Shown here one piece after another: positions 48,655-59,573 of a stretch of DNA of 64,000 bases. Positions within the stretch are counted from its first letter, which is position 1, and every line of letters begins with the position of its first letter. Source of the DNA: Folioceros fuciformis (taxonomy: Eukaryota); contig JBNGIO010005900.1 of the NCBI GenBank assembly GCA_049999805.1, positions 1 through 64,000 on the forward strand. Reading direction: 5' to 3'. The notes beneath the pieces are model-generated. The model was not told the origin of the DNA. It made no database searches and worked only from the letters and a program-made list of their open reading frames with translations. Made by a program: the position numbers and the translations under genes.

Positions 48655-48990
48655 CGAACTTACTTGGAGTGCGCAGTTACTTCCATAGACATACTTCAAC
48701 AACAACTTGAGTTACCTGTTTCCAATGTGCAGTTACTTCCATAGACGTACTCCAACAACAACCTAAGTTACGTTGCAGAGGTATTCTATAACAACAGCCC
48801 AAGTTACCTTGCAAAGGCCTACTACAGCAGCAGCCTAAGTTACCTTGCATAGGCATACGACAACAAGAGCTTGTGCATCAAATCAGGAGCACTTGCCCTA
48901 AGGTAGGCGTACTACAACAAGACCCTGTGCATCAAGTCAGGTGGGCGTACCACAACAAGAGCCTGTACATCAAATCAATGTCACTTGCCC
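48655..48990. repeat. Degenerate ~35-bp tandem repeat at the right end of the repeat island
   Basis: gcagttacttccatagac twice, then agttaccttgca...caacagcc units and gtgcatcaa-tcagg units. Confidence 0.7.
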
Positions 48991-49227
48991 TAAAGAATCA
49001 GTTCGGGCAGCCAGATTGCCGCTTGGCGAGATCACGATGCTTTCACCCTTTCTAGGTGCATCCTCGGACTAAGGTACGAGAGAAGCCACAAAATTTACGT
49101 ACCCCGTCACACCGATGGGAGAGCAAAATAGAGACACTCGACCAGTGGATGATATGAAACATGGAGCACGACAAGGTGAACCTATGAACCTCTACACCTC
49201 TAACACACGTTTTCACCTCTAACAAAA

Positions 49228-50931
49228 TTATTCACCTCGTGGTGGGGCTAGAATTCTGGCCAGGGTGCCTTGGGCAAAAGAAATGGAGTCTATGGCGGTC
49301 TTGGCGAACCAGCTAAGTCCGACTTTCAACTTGTGCTCATTGGTCGGAAGCCGATACAAGTAGGCCAGTTTCCTAGCTGAATGGCCAATTACGCCATCAA
49401 GCGTCAGACCATTTGGAAAGCTCGGTGTCACTGCTGCATCATACTTGCCGAGGGTCATCATCTCGCCTAGATGTGTGTATTTGAACGCACGGAGTGGTCT
49501 GTCGTTGATTGCGGCCCACAGATTCCACCCCGCGTATTCAGCTTGTTGGAAGGCCACCTGGGCAGTTGTAGGCAGCAGGTTTCCCGAGCTGTCCTTGGCA
49601 CCGGCTGAGTCTCCGATGGCAAAGACCCGAGGATGACCCTTCACCCTCAATGTACTGTCCGTGTCCGCTTGACCTCGGCCATTCACAGGAAAAGAAGGCC
49701 GGGTTTCGACGTCTCCAGGTGGAACAAGAGCTTTGGTGCCCACCGTCCAGAGAACCAGATCAGCATGTAGCTTCCGCTCCTCCCCCGGGCCCTCCTCCTT
49801 GGTGCTTTTTAGGTTAAGCACAACGGATCCTGGACTAGATTTTGTGCCGTTATGTGCTGCACTACTGCTGATACTGGTCACAGAGTAACCGAGAACGAGC
49901 TCCACATTCCTCGAAGACAGAATCTTCAAAGCTGCTTCTCGATTTCCAGCAGGTGCTGAAGGGCAGACGGTCAGGCCATTGTCTACCACCTGAACCCTTC
50001 CTCGGGGCCCCAGACGCTGGGCCACAGTAGCTGCTAGCTCCACTCCCGTGTAACCAGACCCCACGACCACAACACTGATGGGTAGTTTACCGACTCCAAA
50101 TCTCTCCCTTTCAAGTACCAGGAGCCGCTCATCCACCTTAAGAGCATCCTCCAGAGTGGAAAATGGCACTGCATGCTCCCGGGCTCCCGGAACAAAGCTC
50201 ATCTTCGTCTCAGCCCCCAGTGCAAGCAGCAACCAGTCATACTCAATCTGCGTTCCACTCTCCAGGACCACAGTACCTCCAATACCTCTCAGCGCGCGCT
50301 GACCCATAGCAGCGTCACAGGGTGTCACATTCTTCACCGTGTCCTGCACAAATTGAATGCTCGTTCCAGCCAACAGTTCCGAAAACCTTGGGGCAATCTC
50401 CCACTGATCCACTTCCTTCGACAAGAGCTCGTACAGCAAGGGCTTGAAAACGAACCTGTCCGACTGGTCAACAAGCAGCACCTGCGGCCGCTTGTTCGAA
50501 GGCCAAACCAGAGACTCCAGTTGCAGTGCCGTGTACAGGCCTCCAAAACCCCCACCCAGAATGCAGATTCGCGGTCTCTTGGAGTCTGTCCACCTGTAGC
50601 TAGATTGTGTACCCTCGTCAGCTCCAAAACGTGCGCCATTGGACCCTTGATCAATGTCCAATGCAGATGAGGAAACAGAGGCCCGCGGCCTCCCAAAAGC
50701 GTCCACAACCACTTTCTGCCTGCTCCAGAGGCTCTGATACTCGGGTAATTTCCACCACCCTGTCGAGGCACAGCATGCGCTCATGGACCATGTCCCCGTT
50801 ATCACCCTTTCTTTGGAAGCACAAAACCCTGTCCACTCCCGAGACAAGCTCCCGCCAGAGGCAGTCGGGAAGGGACTGGGGCGCAGACTTGCGCGAATGC
50901 TGGGAGCCATCGCGCAGGCCGGTGCCGCCAT
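49228..50931 (-). CDS. NDC1: Type II NAD(P)H dehydrogenase C1 (plastid/mitochondrial, cyanobacterial type); intronless
   Basis: RPRICILGGGFGGLYTALQLESL; DRFVFKPLLYELL; second Rossmann fold VVVGSGYTGVELAATV; VFAIGDSA; PTTAQVAFQQAEYAGWNLWA; HLGEMMTLG; RKLAYLYRLPT. Ser/Ala-rich transit peptide. Start at 50931 or 50943. Confidence 0.93.
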   Translation of the reverse strand: MAAPACAMAPSIRASLRPSPFPTASGGSLSREWTGFCASKERVITGTWSMSACCASTGWWKLPEYQSLWSRQKVVVDAFGRPRASVSSSALDIDQGSNGARFGADEGTQSSYRWTDSKRPRICILGGGFGGLYTALQLESLVWPSNKRPQVLLVDQSDRFVFKPLLYELLSKEVDQWEIAPRFSELLAGTSIQFVQDTVKNVTPCDAAMGQRALRGIGGTVVLESGTQIEYDWLLLALGAETKMSFVPGAREHAVPFSTLEDALKVDERLLVLERERFGVGKLPISVVVVGSGYTGVELAATVAQRLGPRGRVQVVDNGLTVCPSAPAGNREAALKILSSRNVELVLGYSVTSISSSAAHNGTKSSPGSVVLNLKSTKEEGPGEERKLHADLVLWTVGTKALVPPGDVETRPSFPVNGRGQADTDSTLRVKGHPRVFAIGDSAGAKDSSGNLLPTTAQVAFQQAEYAGWNLWAAINDRPLRAFKYTHLGEMMTLGKYDAAVTPSFPNGLTLDGVIGHSARKLAYLYRLPTNEHKLKVGLSWFAKTAIDSISFAQGTLARILAPPRGE

Positions 50932-51249
50932 GTTGCAACTCATCACCCACTCCCGCAAAACCTAAAACCTCATTCAGCTGCATGGAGATAATTTCCCCAA
51001 CAATCCCTCATTGCAACGAGTCAGGAAATGTCAACTGGAGAGACAGGCAGTGCCCCCTCACATCCCACGCAGCAAGTAGCTGCGATCCTAACGTGGCGGA
51101 CCGACCACGATGCCAGTCCCAACTCATCTCAAGCTGCGCTATACTTCTATTGTAGGAATTGGAATGGCATCGTTCTAGGAGTAGCAAGAGGTTCTAAACG
51201 CACACCAAATGCAAGGCTCACATGCCTCGTTGCTGGCCACACAAAATTG

Positions 51250-53497
51250 CCTGATTTTATACAAAAAAAAAGTGCCCTCCCTCAATGAACACCTCTCCAC
51301 TGGTCTGTGCGCAGAAGGACGTACCAGATGTCCCGAGGCGCTGTCGTTGTTGATGCAGCTTCCTGACCTCATCTACGAAATGGGTGGACAGTGTGCATCT
51401 CTCACCACCAGCTCCCGCCGTTAGGTCTAGGCTCGTACGATGACTCGTGGTGACTTACAAAGGTGTGCTGTTGGAGCCTATGTGGCAGAACGAGCTTCTC
51501 AGCATTTCCGGAACAACTTTTTGTCTCCATCAGACAGCCAAATGTCCGTGGTGGTCAGTGACCTTAGGTTCCCACCCCAGATTTTGGAGGGAACTTCATC
51601 CTCTATTCCCCAATCAGAGATGCATGGACCGTGGTGCATGAGCAGCCTTGCTCCACGGCGAGAATCCGATGGTGGTCGAAACAGCACTTGCATGTCTAGG
51701 GGTGGCTACCCGGCGCGATGATTACATACGCGATGCTGTGGTAGATCACCCTCTGCGGCTCGCGGAACCCTCAATATGCTCTGCTAGGTCGACTGATGTG
51801 GCAGCAGGGAGCCGTCTGTATGAATCTTGGCAACATCCAGGTGGAGGTCGACGGAGGAAGAGCTCTCTGACAAGCTTTCTCGGTTTTCTCGGTGGCAGCT
51901 GAAGGAGGCGAGCCGTCCTGGGTGCACGTGACGCAATGTGTGACCAAGGATGAGCATGGCATGTTCATGGATAGGTTACATGCTCTCAACGTGCGCTGTA
52001 AGATAAACAGCTCCAGACTTCCTCCGCCGATTGTCTTGGGGTGGCTTCAGTACCGAGAGTGGAAGACTATTGTGAGCTCTGGATTGATCACTGCGAGAAA
52101 TCAAGGTATGCAAGCCAGCGGAGGATGGAGTGAGTGTGGAGACAAGTCTCTCAGCGATGGATTGCTTGTGACGAGGCATGGAGCGTTTCTGGCGATGCAG
52201 AGTCAAGCGACTTTACCAAACGAGCCAATGCTGCGTTTGTGTTTGCTGGAGGAATCCCAGAGGAAGCATTGGAGTTGACATCTGCAGGAGCCACGTTCAT
52301 CCCAGACAGGTCGGAGACGGTGCACGCTTTCGCTTCCAGTGTCACCACTATGGAAGACAGACCTAAGCTTTTGGGGATCGTTCCAAAAGCAAATGATATA
52401 GCATTCCAAAAAGGAAAGAGAGTTTCTGGCCTCCTTTAGCACAATAACCACCAACAGGCTGTCCTTTCTGGAGAACAAACGAGACTACCCCCCCTCCCCG
52501 GAGGAGACATCTACGAGAAGGCGACAAAATCGCCCATGGACTGTGACCTGAAGAGCCGGCGCGCACGGCCCTGCATTACAGTTTTCTTTTCTTATCACTG
52601 TTCAGTGCGTCAGACACATTTAGAGCATGCACCGCAGCCATTCATGTTTCAAGCAAACTCCCTACCCAGTGCGGGCTTCAACACCGCGCGTCACTAGCAC
52701 TTTGGTCACTAAGTTGCCTCTGCCAAACGCGCGTGGTTGGGATGGTCGATCGGTCACCCACGTTCCCCATCCAGAGGAGACCAGCCCCTTGAGTTACGGG
52801 TAGAGGAACTCCGGCCCCTGCAGAAAGCGGGATAGTGACCGTCGACTTCGATATAATTGTGCCATTGTTGAGCAGGGCCTTGGAGGCAGGGAGGGATGGA
52901 TCGACATACAGGAAGCTGCGTCTGAGCTTGTAGGTCTCTAGTTCCCTCTTAGTTAGACTACAGTTTTGTAGGAAGCCATTTGGTACGAAGGGACGCGAGG
53001 AAGGAATCCACTTGTCGTCGTTGTCTTCTGAGGAGTGATGGACAATTTGCTGCTGTGGGGTGTAGTGAGGCACGTCGCCAACCTCGAAGGTGGCCTTTTT
53101 TTCATGCTTCAAGGATTTCAGGCGCTTGTCAAATATCTGCCTCCCTGGAAGATTTCCTTCTGTGTCCTAATCGTAGGCCTCCTGCCTCCAAGGATAACCC
53201 TAAACCAGGGGCACGTATCAGGCATGGCGGTGCCCACACAAGATGAAAATCACGAGTTGCTGGTTGTGGAGATTGTGCTCCTGCAAAACATGATGTGATC
53301 CTTGACCAATGACTGTTGCAGTTGATGATAGCACTACAAATCGCAGTGCGAACCAGCGATTGCAACGATGTCCTCTGCTGCCGTTTCATAGTGGCAAGTT
53401 TTGTGACGAGGCTGTAGACCACTGGCTAAGGTACCAGGACATCATGATCCTCGAGGAGGATGAAACTTTTCTCGCGGGTCTCGCTGATCCTGTGTAG
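51250..53497 (+). pseudogene. Decayed 3' part of the second sacsin/NOV-like gene
   Basis: WVHVTQCVTKDEHGMF matches WIAVQSCTIADPSRLF. AFVFAGGIPEEALELTSAGATFIPDRSETVHAF matches PFVYAGKIAGPYLDLAPEGEAFLPDSLELVHAF. HSGKFCDEAVDHWLRYQDIMILEEDETFL matches HSGKFQQDAVDYWLRHKNIEIFQEDEAFL. Many stops and frameshifts; left boundary approximate. Confidence 0.82.
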
Positions 53498-53750
53498 AGT
53501 AGAAGGCAATCAGATACGAGTAGAAGGCAAGCATCCTCTTGACCCTCACGTAGCCCATTCCTTCCATGTAACACAGAGACAGTGGACCTCAGAAGACAGC
53601 CTTGGGCAGCTTCAGGTCAGAGACTGCAGAGCAGCCTAAGTGACAACACAGTGGCTCGTACAGATACAGATGTTCCACTGCAGACAGCCACTTCTGAAGT
53701 GTCTTGCAAAGGAACAGAGTTTTGCGAAGGAGAACGGAGTGGAATAATCT

Positions 53751-55397
53751 TCAGTACTCGGTTTCCATGAGCCCATCAATAAGTCCAAACTCCATCGCCT
53801 GCCATCACGGGATCACTTACATGAGCCACAAGCAACAAATGCGAGATGCGCACTTTCTGTTGCCGACAAGGACAAAATTGCATCTTATATGGCCAGTCAG
53901 GCAAACCTCTGCTGCTGAAAAAAAGCGGTCACGGTCAGTGAACTTCTGTACTCTCTCAAGAGGCTGTCCAGTGAAGGCAGAATACATCTTGTCTATCTTC
54001 TGCAGAAGACAAGGAGGGGGTGAGAAATGAGAATGACAGGCAACTATCCAACTCCACTGGCAACAGATATACGCCAAGGAACACGTACGTCACGTGATGC
54101 CATCACTTCATTAACCTGCCGGCGCACATCATCCAGTGTCCCCTGCGTACAGCAATACAAGGCAAATCCAGCTGAGCTCGGGCTAAGGCAGATCATCCCC
54201 AGGACCATGGGTTCAACAAATTCCTCCCAAAACACTGTACACTGCTTCAACTGTCAACTGAATGCAAAGCTGCTCCTAGCGCCAGAAGAAAGGGGAAAGC
54301 GGCAAGGAGGTACCCCACATCCGCCTTGAGGTTGATGGATCATTATTCGGGCATTGGGCATGGCAAAGCGTTTGCCCTTTTGGCCTCCTGCAAGAAGCAG
54401 TGCACCTTGACTGGCAGCAACTCCAAAACAGACTGTGCTCACGTCGGGCTTGATCTGCACAGCACAGACCACATTAGACTAGCCGTCATCCTACCAGACT
54501 CTATTACACAACTTCCAAACAAGTAAGCATTAGTCTTGTCTCTGTTGTCTTACCCAGGACATGGTGTCGTAGATAGCCAACACCGAGTACGTGCTCCCCC
54601 CGGGACAGTTAATGTACATCTGTGACAGCCACACGCACACCGGATGAGAGCAGCATCATGGATATTAAACCAGCAACGGGAAGCTAGCACATAGAAAACA
54701 CAGAATCATCCAGAACATGAAAAACACCCACTTTGATATCCTCTTCCTCATCAATGGCCGCCAGGGTCAGCAGCTGAGTGATGACCTTCTGAGCAACCTG
54801 TGAATTCACAGCCGAGCCCAGAAAAATAATTCGATTGCGGAACAACAAGGTGGACAAGTCAGTGGGCCCCGTGCCCGTGAGCACGGCAGGCATGATAGGA
54901 GGAGCTTTCTGCTTGGCTGCCCTGATATCATTCATGCTGCTACCGCACAGACAAGGGAAACAGGCAACAGCCTCCTCGTCAGATCCAAATCCAATGCCCA
55001 AACATCCCCAGTACGACAGAACGACAATACCCACCCACCTCGCGCTGCCTATGCCAAGCGACGGCCTTGAATCTGCGACGCAAAGCCGTTCTCTCCTCGA
55101 CATCCCCCGTGCAGCCACACCCGGCCTCGCGACTGCAAGCGCCGNNNNNNNNNNNNNNNNNNNNNNNNNNNNNNNNNNNNNNNNNNNNNNNNNNNNNNNN
55201 NNNNNNNNNNNNNNNNNNNNNNNNNNNNNNNNNNNNNNNNNNNNCGACATCCCCCGTGCAGCCACACCCGGCCTCGCGACTGCAAGCGCCGTCTGCCCTG
55301 CTTGCCCCACCCCATTCCTGAAGCTGCAGAGCTCCGGAGCCCGCACCTGCTCTCGTACGACAGCCACCGCCGCGGGCAGCGCGGGAACACAAGCCAT
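53751..55397 (-). CDS. CLPP6: Chloroplast ATP-dependent Clp protease proteolytic subunit 6; multi-exon; exon 1 spans an N gap
   Basis: [99 protein letters not shown]. Confidence 0.94.
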
Positions 55398-55531
55398 CTC
55401 AATTGCCTCCTGTTGAAGACAACGCGCAATTTAGCACAAAAGTTTCCTTCTCTTATTTTTCTTTCGCTGAACCCTGAACAACTGCTTGCCGGATTTTGAC
55501 GACCTCCTCAGCATCAGCTGGATTTCCGGCT

Positions 55532-56542
55532 ATGGCGGACTGCAGCAAGGGATCTTTCACCAGGCCCCGGGGCCAAAGCGAGCCAACGCCGCATCTGTAC
55601 GCAGCAAACTGCGGGCCGGCTACTGGCGTCTCCCTCGCCGCCGTTGCCGACGCCTTTTCTCAACACGGGCCGGTGCAGAGCGTGGCGGCTGCAGACGGAA
55701 GCGGGGGGCGGTCAATTGTCTCGTTCTTTTCCGCGGAGTCGGCCGCTGCCGCGCGTAAGGCGTGGCATGGACGCCCTTGTCCCGCGCTGCAGGGCCGCGT
55801 CATGATCCTGGAGTTTGCGGAGCCCGTAGTGGTGCGGGAGCAGGTGCAGCTGCCAGTGTGCCGACACGCGGAGGAAGTCGGGATCTCGGGCCTGTTCCTC
55901 CGCCTGGAATTCGTGTCCGAGCAGGAGGAGGCGGATCTAATGGCTGCCGTGGACGCGCGGCCGTGGCAGGGTTTGGCCAAGCGGCGCGTGCAGCACTACG
56001 GCTTCGAGTTCTTGTACAAGGTCCGGAACGTGGATTTGGATGCGCGGCTGGGGGACATGCCGGAGTTTGTGCTGGGATTGCTGGAGCGGATGCTAGGGCT
56101 AGAGGAGCTGGCGGCCACAGAGGAGGAGGTAGGATTTCCCTTGGATCAGCTCACTGTGAACGAGTATCCTCGGGGCGTGGGACTGTCCCCGCATGTCGAC
56201 ACGCATTCTGCATTTCAAGGCGCTATTCTATCCCTATCCCTAGCCGGTCCTTGCGTGATGGAGTTCCGGAAGTACGGCAGGCGGGATGGTGAAGGTGGAG
56301 ATGATGTGCAGCGCCGGGCGCTCTTCCTGCCTGCCAGATCGCTGCTCATCCTGTCTGGGGAAGCTCGTTATGCCTGGCATCACTACATTCCTCACCATAA
56401 ACGAGATTTTGTGAACGGTGTGCCCGTGGACAGAGGTTCCCGGCGGGTTTCGTTCACGTTTCGGAAAGTCCGGGCCGGGCCTTGCCGGTGCCGGTTTCCT
56501 GAGGAGTGTGACTCTCGTCTCACTGCTTTGGGCAGCGCGTAA
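55532..56542 (+). CDS. ALKBH8: ALKBH8-like RRM + AlkB 2OG-Fe(II) dioxygenase (tRNA wobble-uridine hydroxylase); intronless
   Basis: HLYAANCGPATG RRM; KRRVQHYGFEFLY; DQLTVNEYPRGVGLSPHVDTH; ARYAWHHYIPHHK; RRVSFTFRKVR; Zn-binding CRCRFPEECD. Confidence 0.93.
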   Translation: MADCSKGSFTRPRGQSEPTPHLYAANCGPATGVSLAAVADAFSQHGPVQSVAAADGSGGRSIVSFFSAESAAAARKAWHGRPCPALQGRVMILEFAEPVVVREQVQLPVCRHAEEVGISGLFLRLEFVSEQEEADLMAAVDARPWQGLAKRRVQHYGFEFLYKVRNVDLDARLGDMPEFVLGLLERMLGLEELAATEEEVGFPLDQLTVNEYPRGVGLSPHVDTHSAFQGAILSLSLAGPCVMEFRKYGRRDGEGGDDVQRRALFLPARSLLILSGEARYAWHHYIPHHKRDFVNGVPVDRGSRRVSFTFRKVRAGPCRCRFPEECDSRLTALGSA

Positions 56543-56641
56543 TGTTGTGGCAATTGCAGGTAGAACTCTTTTCCATTACGGTAGAGAATGCGACCAAAGA
56601 TTAAAATTGAAGACGCAGAATTGAAGGCCCTGATGGACCCG

Positions 56642-57506
56642 CTAAGCAGGCTTCAACTTGACAGACGACGACGAAGAAGATGGACGCAATGCCGTCCTGA
56701 TATACAAGTCAGCAAGGAGGCTGTTCACAGAGAAGCAGACGAGCATACTGTAGTCGAAACTGGCATAGAATTCTACTCCGGCTGCTATGAGAAGATTCGG
56801 CAAGAGCCTGGTGAACATGACGGCGTATCTGCGCAGTTCAGGAGAAACGAACAAGAAGGGTCACACATGCCTCATACTGTATCTCTGTGTACACCATGTG
56901 GAAGGATGAATGCTTACCCTATGGCAGCCGTCCTGATCATGAACTTTCGGTGGGAGTCGAAATCCTTGGCGCGGGCAGCTTTTACTGCCAGGAATACGAA
57001 CGAGAGCTGGGCGACGGCGGCTACATTGAAGGTCAATTTGGCAATGTTCCCGAACTCCGTGTGAGGGGACAATACGAGAAGGGCGGAGAGAGCAGTCACC
57101 ACCGCCCCAGCCACGAACAAGTACCCCAGCCTCCTATGGATTACAGGATTGTTTTTCCGGAAGGTGGGACTGAATTGGAAGGGCGCAGCGACCATGAAGG
57201 CGTATGCACCCAGGACGTGCACCTGTGACAGGACCAGGCAGTTCAGCCGTGAACTTCAAGTGTGCAGCTGTGAGATTCGTGACTCCTGACGAACTGTAGG
57301 CGAGGGAGTCGGATACGGACCTGCCATGCCCGAAGATTTTGCTGAATGTGGAGGCCCGCCTCGTCGAATCTGCCTGCATTCCAAAGCACCGTCGCCTTCT
57401 TGTAGATATCGAAGTCGCCGTAGAGGAAGAGAGCTGCGTAAGCGGAGAAGGGAATCGAGATGATCACTACTAGCCACCACGCCACCGTCCCCAACTTGAT
57501 GGCCAT
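56642..57506 (-). CDS. DUF2306-like predicted membrane protein; 3 exons
   Basis: Hydrophobic helices with VHVLGA...APFQFSPTFRKNNPVIHRRLGYLFV and AARAKDFDSHRKFMIRTAAIG (HRxxG and HRxxM motifs). GT-AG introns at about 57223-57320 and 56860-56915. Confidence 0.75.
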
Positions 57507-57799
57507 TGCGGGACTCAAGGCTGCGTTACTACAGCGCGAGGGATCCCCTTTTTCAAGTGGCGCTGGCGCCCCATTTCTGTCTCGCTTGGTGCACCTGGCA
57601 ACTCAAAAGAGCAACGTGTGGTTTCCTGGAAGAGTAGGCTGCGCCTTCCAGGTAACTGGCAGTACTGTATTACGATGAGGTGACTTGTTAGCCAATCGTA
57701 AACTGGTTACCAAACGCTGTGCCTTGAGGAAACGACAGCCTTGCATTTTTCAACGACCACCTGGTCGCAGCCAATCCTGTTCAGGGAATCTGTAAAAAG

Positions 57800-57980
57800 A
57801 AATCCTGTGTGGGGAAGCCCGCTGTTTTCGTTCCCATTACATTCCTCCGCACAAGCTGGATTGCGCGGACGGCGTGCCTGTGCACGGAGGTTCGCGGCGG
57901 ATTCCTCTCCCTTTTCCGGAAGTCGGCGCCGGTCCATGAGAGGAGTTTGACTCTCGTGTCAGAGCTTCGGACGATGCGTA
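57800..57980 (+). pseudogene. Decayed duplicate of the ALKBH8 3' end
   Basis: ILCGEARCFRSHYIPPHKLDCADGVPVHGGSRR...*EEFDSRV aligns with ILSGEARYAWHHYIPHHKRDFVNGVPVDRGSRR...EECDSRL, offset about 1454 bp. Confidence 0.8.
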
Positions 57981-58059
57981 GGCTTCCGGCAAGTGCAGGT
58001 CATTTCCGTACAACGAAGAATGTTACAAGGAATTGGAGGAGAGAACGTGATGCAGCTCT

Positions 58060-59022
58060 TCAGAAGCCTTGGATTTGAGCGATGAGGAAGGAGGAGGACG
58101 CAACGCCGTCATGACGTAAATTTTTGCAAGCAAGCTTTCTCAAAGAGAACGAAGAGAGCGTGCCATAGTCGAAGCTCGCATAGAATCTGGCTCCCACTGC
58201 CAGAAAATCGTCTGGCAGGACCCGGATAGACAAGACGGCGTATTTGCAGAGTTCAGCGGAAACAACCAGGCGGGGTCCAGTATGCATGTCCCGTCCGGCA
58301 CCTGTCTTTTGCTCCACTAGAAAGGATCGCATGCTTATCACATGGCAGCAGTCCTGATCAACGGTGCACTTCCGGTGGGCATTGAACTTCTTGGCCCGGG
58401 CAGCCTTTGCAGCCAGGAATCCAAAAAAGAGCTGAACGACAGAGGCCGCATTGAAAATCACTTTTCAAGTGTTCCCGATTTTCGTGTTAGGGCTCAATAC
58501 CAGGAGGGCGTAGAGAGCTATCACCACAGCCCCCGCCACAAACAAGACGATTACCCCGACCTCCAATGAATTGCAGGAATATTTTCACGAAAGCTGGAAC
58601 AGAAGTGGAAGGGCGCAGCGACCACGAAGGCGTATGCACCAAGGCCAAGGATGTGCACTTGGGAGGACGGCGGGAAGCTACGCTGGACCCTTGAAGTGCT
58701 GCATCTGCTTTGAGATTTGTAACTCAAGGGTATGCTGGAGGAGCGAGTCGGACCTGCCATCCCCGGAGATTGTGCTGAATGTTGAGGCCCGGTTGCTTAA
58801 ATCTTCCTGCAAACTACTGCTGTATAATGGCATCGTCGCCGTCGTGTACAGATCGACGTCGCCATAGACGAAGACGAATGCGTACCCACAGCGGATAGGG
58901 GAATCGAGAAAAGAATCGGGAATATCCACTATTCCACCGGCCCCGCTCGATCGCCCTGGCTGGACTTGAAACTGGACATGCGTACTTCTGGTGCAACGGA
59001 GCGCCGTGCCCCAAGTGGCCAA
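58060..59022 (-). pseudogene. Frameshifted tandem duplicate of the DUF2306-like gene
   Basis: VHILGLGAYAFVVAAPFHFCSSFRENIPAIHWRSG*, AARAKKFNAHRK and ARFYASFDYG mirror the gene at 56642-57506 but are broken across frames. Confidence 0.8.
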
Positions 59023-59573
59023 GATGCTTTCCTGGAAGCCCTGGTCTCCATGTGCAAGCTGTGGTTAGCCGGAATCGGCGTCACTCCCAAGTGACGTGTA
59101 TTCGTGAGCTCATTTTCTTTTCGGCAACATTCTACCTTTACGGTGTCACGCGCTCTTCTTGATGAAGGTGATGGCGAAGAAGGTCTGTGTTTGGACAGAT
59201 AGGCAACTTGAGGTTTGCCAGATCCCAGGGCAAAGCTCCGGGCCAGGCCCTCGGCTTCGCAACGATGGCCGGCCAACGGTGGAGCGGACGGGTGGACTGT
59301 AGATCCATATACGTAGAGGTGGAGAAGAGATCGGCTAAGTGGTAGGACCCATATCCTTCTTGAAGGTGCTCTAGTTTGGTCTGGCACTTGCAGATCTCGA
59401 GTGAGAAGATAATGTGTGGAGTAGGTACAGTGTAGTACTTCACAGTACTCCGCAGGTTTACGATGCTTTATTGCTTTGCGCGGGAAAAGGAAAATTCGGG
59501 GGTTCGAAAACGGGGATCGGAGTCGGGCTTTGCTGGTGAGGACCTGTGAGCGGGGAAAGTGGCGACAGGAGCT

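Noticed and set aside
52678-53112. 144-aa minus-strand ORF inside the decayed sacsin/NOV-like copy
   Set aside because: No recognisable homology. It may be a secondary insertion, but no boundaries were identified.
55099-55290. 46-bp direct repeat on both sides of a 100-N gap in CLPP6 exon 1
   Set aside because: Identical flanks around a fixed-size gap indicate an unmerged contig overlap. Collapsing it restores a normal transit peptide.
7635-55397. Apparent clustering of plastid-related genes (DipM, OTP51, PPR-DYW, NDC1, CLPP6)
   Set aside because: They are interspersed with unrelated housekeeping genes, and plastid-targeted genes are common. No evidence of a functional cluster.
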